Source: Trichoplax adhaerens (taxonomy: Eukaryota; Animalia; Placozoa). From it: a stretch of 64,000 bases of DNA. Each line of letters starts with the position of its first letter. The stretch's first letter is position 1. The notes beneath the pieces are model-generated. The model saw only the letters and a list, made by a program, of their open reading frames with translations, made no database searches and was not told the DNA's origin. Position numbers and translations under genes: made by a program. Below, piece after piece: positions 56,151-64,000 of this stretch. The stretch covers positions 186,001 through 250,000 of the forward strand of contig NW_002060981.1 of NCBI RefSeq assembly GCF_000150275.1, read 5' to 3'.

Positions 56151-59100
56151 TTATACAGTAGTAACTTTAGATACATGTTTCTGTTCTGTAGGTTTTCGCA
56201 ATTTAATAGAAGCAGCTGGAAGCTCATTATTATCAACGGTTGCAGCAATGCCCTCCTTTCTATTACATACATTCTCATCATCACTTTCTGCTACAGCATG
56301 TAATGCACCACCAAATTTGACCTTAAAGGCGAATGTTATGTATACTAACAAGCTTAAAATAATAAACGTAACGGATACAAGAATTAAGATCCAAAACGTA
56401 TCAATTTGAGGTAGAATTAAGACAAGAACAAATTGAATTAGGTCTAGAATGTTATTGAGAGCGTCTTGAACACCACCAACGATACCACGTTCAGCCTCAC
56501 TAACGTGTTCTTGGAATAATTGTGTAGTACTCAAATCATACATCCACAAGCCGGTTCGTGAGCAAACTATTCCAATCATAAATAAAATGATTGAGATCGA
56601 TGGCACTAAGCTATCGCAGTTTACGCTGTAAAAATAAAAAAGATGGCATATTAACATATAAATAGCATATCTAGAAAATATTATCACAACGGTTAAAATT
56701 TTACCGATAGGAATTGCTTGCTGCCGAGTTGTTTGTCAGTGAACAGTTTGTACTATTTAGGTCTAATGATTAAAGAAACAGTAATGACTGTGTGTCAAGT
56801 TTGCAAATATTTTGAAATACTTCATAAGAAAAGGTTGCCGTTCACAATGTAAAAACAAAGGAAAAGAAAGTTTAAATTAATTGTAGTTAATAACCATCAG
56901 TTACTTTCTTCTTACCTATGATAGTTGGCTGATAAAGTGAGCTGCCTGGTGTAAATACTGATGCTACGCAAAACATCAATGCTGATATTTGCAGTAAGAG
57001 TGATATGAGACCTGTCTTTACAAGTCCCATTCGATTTCGTAGAACTTGAAAAATATAGGTGCCTAAGACTCCAAAAATAGCTCCAGCTGCGCGAGCTAAG
57101 CTAACAAAACCTTCGGAAATACCTCGAGCATATATATAGCCTTACATGAAAAGTAATAATATAATCAGGACAATACTTGATGAAAAACATGCAACATTAT
57201 ACTAATCATGAGAAAAAAATACCTGTTGTTACTACATTAAATCCCAATACTGTCAAGTACAGAATTGCCAATGAAACTCCAGCTCTAGTAACATCTTGCT
57301 GCATAAAAGTATACCAGCCCCGCTTTAGAGACACAAAAGATGATACGATACGTTCAAGGGTGCATCCAGCCGATTTAACTTTTTCTACTTCTTCCGGCTG
57401 TCCATTTTCTATAAGAATGTGCGAAAAATGAGATCGGTCAAGTTGTTATAATAGCTAAGATATTAAAAATAATCAGTGCACTATTATGAGAGACTATTTA
57501 CACTTGTAACTCATTAAGGAATTCAGCTGAGTTTGCTTTAAACGTATTTCAGGTGCAGTATCGTAATACTTCCAATATCAAATAGAAAAAATGTACTACA
57601 AAAAATACCTTCCTCTATTTTGGTACCCTGCTGTTCTGATTCTGTTCCATCCGCAGTATTACATTGTTCAGCGTCTGTACTTTTCAATTTAATGGCCAGA
57701 CGTGGTACTTTCAAGTATATTTTTATAAATACGTAATACTCGATGATAAAAGAGATTACATTCCAAGCCCCAATAAAGATTGCTCCGACTAGCATTGAAG
57801 AAAAATCAATTAGCTGACCAACAGCTATTGGAGCCACAATAGCACAGACTAGATCAATTCGTCTCATCTTGGCATTAAGATCTACATCAAATACGAATTA
57901 AATAACAGCGAAAAAATTATGTTAATATTAGATGATGGTATACATAGAAAATTAGCGAATTCTTATAAAACTTTTCACCTGCTAGAGCAGATTTACTGCC
58001 AACAGAAATAACAACGATCCAATCTCGAGTGATTGCAATTTTATGTGTGATACTTGCTAGATTGGCAAGTGTTCCAGTAGTGATTAAGACTACTTGTAAA
58101 ACAACAGTGACGGTCGCTGATACTTTAACTTCTAGAAGGACCAAGTAGACGCCAGCAGAAGCAATTACCAGAAAATTCTGAGAAGCTAGCGTGATTTTCA
58201 CAACTAAATAATAATAAAAATACAGTTAAATATCAGATAGTAAAATCAGAAATGATTTGTCAATACATCAAAAAGAAATTCTCAGTCTGTTTATGCTATA
58301 ACTGTTAGAGTGAGCATGGAATGGAGGGAGACACAGCGACTTTGCTTATCTTATTCAATAAATTATAGTTACCAGAAAGTGGACTTACCACGAAGCCTAT
58401 CACTAGAATCTACCCAGTCACCAAAAACAGGTGCAAAAACAATCGCCGTAATCGCAAGCGTTAGTCCATAAATAGCCGTCAGTAATAGTGAAGTAATATT
58501 TAGTCTAACCAAGAATAGACCCACTACAAACACCCACATACGATCTCCCTAAAAGTAAATGAAAGAATGAATTATATGTAGAAAGTCGATTATTGAGAAG
58601 ATTATGATTAGATTCTACGATAGAACAGTTACGTAGCATAGCAGGGTAGCTAATGCACTAGGTTTTACACTTTGTATCCACTAAAAGTATAGAGTATTTT
58701 AAGAAAGGTCAAAATGAAATAAGGAAATTAATTTCATATTGTGTATAAATTTATAGACTATGAACTGTTAATAATTAATTAGTGCAGTGTATATTTTCGT
58801 TTGGTTATTAAAAGATATGGCATACTAGATGGATAATAACTAGAAGTACTGTGTATATCTTTGGGATGTGTGCATTAGTACATATTTGGATCCGGGACGA
58901 ATGCACTGATCCATACACGTCCGTCTACTAATAAGGATTGGGGACACAGAATCTATACGATAATAACAAGTTGCTGAAAATAGAAAATTACAAGCCGACA
59001 ACAACGAAAATAGAATGGGATTATGAACTAATTTACGTAGTTAATATCAGATGCATTAATCGGATCTAAGCTTTGCAGTATGGCATAATCGTTGCTATTA

Positions 59101-59571
59101 GCGTTAAAAGATCATGATGTGATTATAATGCAATTAATGCACTGCCCAGATGCTTGAATAATGAAAGATAGCTACATGTTCTATCTGTTGGTTGCGAATG
59201 TTTAAAAGTACGCCCAGTGACATGGTGCTACTCTAAAGCTAGCGAATATTATTAATTCATCAAAGCGGTATTAGAGCAGTAAATAGAGTATATGATGACA
59301 GAGCTTTTTAACTACAGCAATTTTACTTACCCAAGATGACAAAAAATGACCAATGCATATTAAAGTGGTTGGAGATGTTAAAGTTTTTTTCAATTTCTGC
59401 AAGTTAGGTAAGGCAAGCATACTTGGCAACTTACTTCATCAGCGTTAATTGACGGGTACTAAAGTTTTATTGCGGTATACTCAACAATCGAGAAGTTCTG
59501 CTGGAAAAGTATTTTACAAAAGTTCGACAATATGCTGTACTTACACACTTCACAGTCGCATTGATGATCAT
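56151..59571 (-). CDS. SLC40A1: Ferroportin (solute carrier family 40 member 1), 9 coding exons
   Basis: Exons 59545-59571 (first exon least certain), 59331-59396 (IGHFLSSW), 58389-58548 (GDRMW...GDWVD), 57979-58203 (ANLAS...RDWIVV), 57609-57881 (NAKMRRIDL...APIAVGQ), 57223-57408 (LYLTVLGF), 56916-57140, 56705-56762, 56151-56625 (RTGLWMYDL...ERGIVGGVQ). These splice in frame. Confidence 0.93.
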
Positions 59572-60454
59572 ATTCAATTGCTTTTAAGCACCAATTTGCC
59601 AATCAAAATATGACTGTGCTGCATTAATAACAGAGGCTATTTTACGTATACATTAATTAATTATGAATGCATAATATTAAAATGCTACTAACTGATTAAG
59701 CGTAAAATTATCTTAAAAATATGGGCAACAGTTGATAACAATTTGCAATTAAGTGTAAGTAAGTAAAGCAAAGAATTGAGAGAAAGGAGAAAGATAAGCT
59801 ATGCGTCATGCTCTACCACGTCAAATCTACAAAATGAATCAAACAGGAAGGCTAAAATTATGAACTTTATGATTATCCAATACGAAGCAAAATGCCATTA
59901 TAAAATTATACAAGCACGTCCTATCGATCGATTAAGCCTAATTATGGTACAATAACGAGTTTGATATCAGATACTTCTTAAATAGATAGCCCATTTTTAC
60001 ATGCAAGTGCTCACCTAGTATCTACCTTTCGATAATAACAATTAATTAGCAGTTGTCTAAAGGGTATAATGCGTATATGCAGTAGAATTTGTTCGTCATT
60101 CAGTCGTAGGCTATATTCAGTGCATATTAAATGATTATCTCTTTCTAATTTTAGACTTCAAATTGCATTCATTCAATCCAATAGCAATAACAGCGTACAT
60201 AGAAAGCGTACAATAAATTGCATGCCGGTCCACAAGGCTTGAATATGTACCTATTACAGTAATCCCCAACCTATTCGTCGTTGTCGATTATATGATTATT
60301 ATCAGTAGTAGGCTGATAAACGTCCCCAATAGTTCGGTAGAAAGGCTGCTTGGCGAATACTACTTGCACGTTAACCTAGCTACAACTGTCGGTAGTTTAG
60401 CATTGGGATAAAAGACATTCGCAAGACGTTAGAATTGGTAGTGGAGACTTTCCC

Positions 60455-61030
60455 TACTGTACTGTACACTGTACACTGTACAGTACTGTAGTGTACAGCA
60501 CACTACAGTACAGTAGAGGCTCTTTGACACAGTGCATCTGTTACCAGTACAGTACATGTACTGTACTGTATGACAGGTTGACAGCAATGATGGCCATGAC
60601 GCATTTGCCTTAATTTTTTTTTTTTAACTTTCTACCGGTCGTACAGTAGAGTAGGGAGTATAGTAGGTGACAGATAGTTTGTATTAGAAGTAGAAACTTG
60701 AAAGAAATAAAACTACTCAATACTGCAATAGAAAGTAATAAAATCATCAAAATCCAATTGCTAAAGGTTATAATAATCTGTCTGTGTGGAATATGAGCCA
60801 AATTTAAAATATCTTTCTTCAAAATTGAAAGATACAATTTCTAATTTAAGGTAACATGAGTGTGTATGTACTGTACAATACATTGTTTCTTTTCAACCGT
60901 TTTTGAACTCTTCAGTACAGTATAGTGTAATTTTAGAGGTCTCGCCACGCCTCTGTAATACTGATCTTACAGTACTGTACGCAGTACTGTACATTCGATT
61001 TCAAATTTTTGCATCAATTTGTACAGTACA
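60455..61030. repeat. TACAG/CTGTA arrays (60455-60570 and 60868-61030) upstream of ferroportin
   Basis: TACTGTACTGTACACTGTACACTGTACAGTACTGTA and similar runs, 0.9-1.5 kb upstream of the ferroportin ATG. Confidence 0.8.
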
Positions 61031-61919
61031 AAATTGATCGCAAATGCATGGATTTAATATCTGTACATTGGTGCTATGTAGATTTTTAAAGTCGATTTAA
61101 TTTTAGTACAGTGAACAAGTTGAGGTCTTGGTGGTTGTGTTTAGCTAACTTAGTTTTAATATCACCTGACCTCAATCGCTGTAAAGAAGGGTTCCCATTT
61201 TTACTAGAGAGAAAATGGAAAGGATCGATGTAATTCGACGCAGACCACCGTAAATGTTTCAAAGTCGAAAAACCGACAGTGTTCACAGTACTCGAAATTA
61301 GAGTCTTCTTTCCAATACTGCACATCCTGTTTTAATTAATATACCGGTGACGAAGTGGCCACTAAATAGAGGTAGGTATGTGCTAGTAATGCAGCAGTGA
61401 TTTTAGTTAGTGGCTAGAACTTGGTGAAAGACAACGTCATAATCTGTTGAAGAGACGATGAATAAGCTTTTAATTTAACTACGTAATTACGCATACATTT
61501 CGAGTGTATTTTATTCGCGTGGACAATTCTAGTTAGAGCACGTACACTAGTACCCTAGTTAACTAACTTATAGCAACTCGTTAAAATGATAACTGTCTAC
61601 CTAGTGTACGTAAAACGCTGTAGCCACAGTTTTGGAATGATGTAGTACGCGTAAATCAATAGAATTGCAGTTAAGATCGTCGTGTACAATTTCGGTAAAT
61701 GAATAATTAATTATAATATAATAACTTTCAAAATTGATAGTTAACACTTCAAAATACTGTGTCCAATTTATAAGAAAATATCTATAGTGTTGGCAATTTG
61801 AAATTGAATCACAAACATTTCTTTAGTGATCAATGCACTACTACACAGTATATCGTAGAATAGATACCAATTTTACAATAAATGACGTCATTTCATCATA
61901 ATATAATACTCAATACAGC

Positions 61920-62363
61920 TGTCACGGTAGTGAATCTACCGTGATGGATGATATCTTACTTAATTTAGACATGTATATGTATCACGATAAGATAGTTATT
62001 AATTTGGATATGAGCATGAATTATTTTATGACTTAATATAGCCGATACAAACTTGTTCTCAATACACCTTAAATTATACTAAATATAGTATAAGAATTGT
62101 CAATGGTAAATTCAATATAAGTCTAAATGATTGATTTTGAATATTAAATTAGACTTGCATTTTCTACAATAAAGATATAGTTAGAAGATTCCGAAAGTGT
62201 ATTTCTCAGTTATTGTTACTTATCTAGGGTAATCTAATTAGTTTAGATTAGGCAAGTTTAGTTAAGTAACAACAGTATTTGTTTCTATAATGGCCTGGTG
62301 TGCCAATCAAAGATTTTACTGATCAACTACTACTTAGAGATAGTGGAGCTTGAATTTGTGACG
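61920..62363 (+). mobile_element. Family Y-like degenerate element (~444 bp)
   Basis: Starts with the hairpin TGTCACGGTAG-TGAAT-CTACCGTGA, matching the reverse complement of the 11725 end (TGTCACGGTACGAGCTACCGTGA). AATAAA at 62168. Ends GAGCTTGAATTTGTGACG versus GAAGCTGGTTTGTGACA. No TSD retained. Confidence 0.5.
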
Positions 62364-63120
62364 CGAGAGGTTACAATCAAACAGATATTTGCAAGCTTAT
62401 TCCAGGCATGCTTATAACGTAACCAAACTAATGAAAGACGCAACGAATACCTCCTTTACAGAAGTAAAATCAATGATTTTCTCGATTAAAATGAATCTTT
62501 CTGAATTCGATTTGATGATGATTATTTTCGTGTATGAGGAAATAGAAAGCATATGAGGTAGGCAGCTATAAGATAAAATAATAAGGGGAACACTTGCTGT
62601 CACCACTTTAGAGCTAATAAAACAATTCCCATCTACCATATTTTGAATTCCAATTGCTAGCTTAATTCAAAAATTTTTGTTAAATTTTGCTCAGCTTAGC
62701 ATCGATTACAGGAACTGTAGATCTTTGGCTGTTTCTATTAAGTATCACGAAATTAGGATAATGTTCGTAAAGTTATCTTTCAGGTTTGCTATTTTCAAGA
62801 TGTTACCGTTTAAATGACTAAATAATTAATAGAATATTTATATTATATTACAAGATGATACTCGTATGTTTATGGATTAGTGATTGGGCTCTTTGAGGCT
62901 TGATGATAAGAAAATTAAAAATTATACGCCATAATTATTAATTATACGAACCTGCTTAGTTCCAGATACGATCATTTAAACTTTTAAAATATCAATCTTC
63001 ATTATTAATTTAAATGTACTGGCATCAATTTTTTTATAAATATACGTGAATAGCGATGACACATATCTGTATTAATAGCTATGAAATTAGTAGATTTATG
63101 GTAATGTACGTATATATGTT

Positions 63121-63210
63121 CCGGCTAAAACCCGATCTCGGCTAATACGCGTACTAGCCGGTTAAAGCCCGATTGAAGAGAGATATCATCACAATTTCGG
63201 GTTTTAGCCG
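63121..63210. repeat. 90-bp element with perfect 14-bp inverted repeats (MITE or DNA-transposon remnant)
   Basis: CGGCTAAAACCCGA (63122-63135) and TCGGGTTTTAGCCG (63197-63210); internal variant CCGGTTAAAGCCCGA; TGTT on both flanks. Confidence 0.55.
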
Positions 63211-63220
63211 TGTTACCGTC

Positions 63221-63681
63221 TGTAGTGTTTACTTCTAAATACGGTATAGTCTATTTTTTAGTAAAAGTCAATTTCCACTAGATTGTAGCATAACTCTAAA
63301 TATGTATAATTTATATTTAACAAAATACTCTGTGGAAATCGCTTTTAAATCTAGCTGAATTATATCGTAGCCTTGTCTTAACATAGAAGTAACATATTCT
63401 TATTAGTCATTTATGATTTCCTCCTGCTGTGCTTCATACATTATAAAAGCTATCTTCTTTCACCTATCTCGTTAGTTAGTTCTGCTAGTTACACGGTAAG
63501 CTTGCACACTTTATCTATGCTACATTACTATAGCTATTCGACTAGTCACGTCGTTATACACGCTGTAATCTCACACGGTTTTTCCCTTTGCACTAATTCC
63601 AATAAACTCTATTCCTCTACTAAATTAACTCTGGTAATTTACTGTGATCATGACGAATCCACAATCTTCCGAAACATCACA
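63221..63681 (+). mobile_element. Family X solo LTR (461 bp)
   Basis: TGTAG...ATCACA termini; exact TSD CCGTC (63216-63220 and 63682-63686); TATAAAA near 63442; AATAAA at 63601; motif shared with 12070-12092 in reverse complement. Confidence 0.8.
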
Positions 63682-64000
63682 CCGTCCAAGTACGAAATCC
63701 AGTCAATTCGCGAAATGCCTAGTCAATTTGCGAAATGCCCAAATATATTTCTTTGCTGATTATGCCAATTCGCTTGCAAAATTTGTGGCTATTGAAGAAA
63801 TTTACGACATTCTAAGCAGTATCTAGCTCATAACAATAGCGAAAGATATTGCTTTATATTTAGAATTGCTGCAAAAAACGTCAATAACTATAACTCTTTC
63901 GACTGCATTCCTACATTTTACATTAAGATTGAGAAATTATGTTTTAATATTATTAATTAATCAAAGTTTTTCGCTTTTATTACTTACCTATTATATTAAT

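Noticed and set aside
58886-58925. IRE-like CAGUGC loop on the ferroportin strand
   Set aside because: Intronic, lacks the unpaired C five nucleotides 5' of the loop, and has a weak stem. The CAGTG hits at ~60465 belong to the simple repeat. No canonical 5' IRE was found.

Overview
This is AT-rich, intron-containing animal genomic DNA. Composition, short introns and gene content suggest a placozoan (Trichoplax-like) genome, which is an inference only. Manual splice-aware reading supports seven protein-coding genes: (1) a minus-strand LRR protein with a signal peptide, built from 63-81 nt phase-2 exons, absent from the ORF track and running off the left edge (LGR-like candidate); (2) an intronless orphan rhodopsin-family GPCR with a Ser/Thr-rich ECL2; (3) ABHD13; (4) an MS4A/CD20-like four-TM protein with PPxY motifs; (5) an intron-rich class 2 DYRK (DYRK4-like); (6) an MFF-like tail-anchored protein; (7) ferroportin (SLC40A1) with substituted metal- and hepcidin-site residues. 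Non-coding DNA holds about nine 440-560 bp TG...CA elements from three families (solo-LTR-like, five with exact 5-bp TSDs), including a three-deep nest at 10.9-12.4 kb. There are also self-complementary TACAG/CTGTA arrays concentrated 5' of the housekeeping-type genes, an X-box plus double-CRE palindrome upstream of the MS4A-like gene, and an intronic foldback. No tRNA, rRNA or CRISPR array was seen. All exon models were read by eye and need RNA-seq confirmation.
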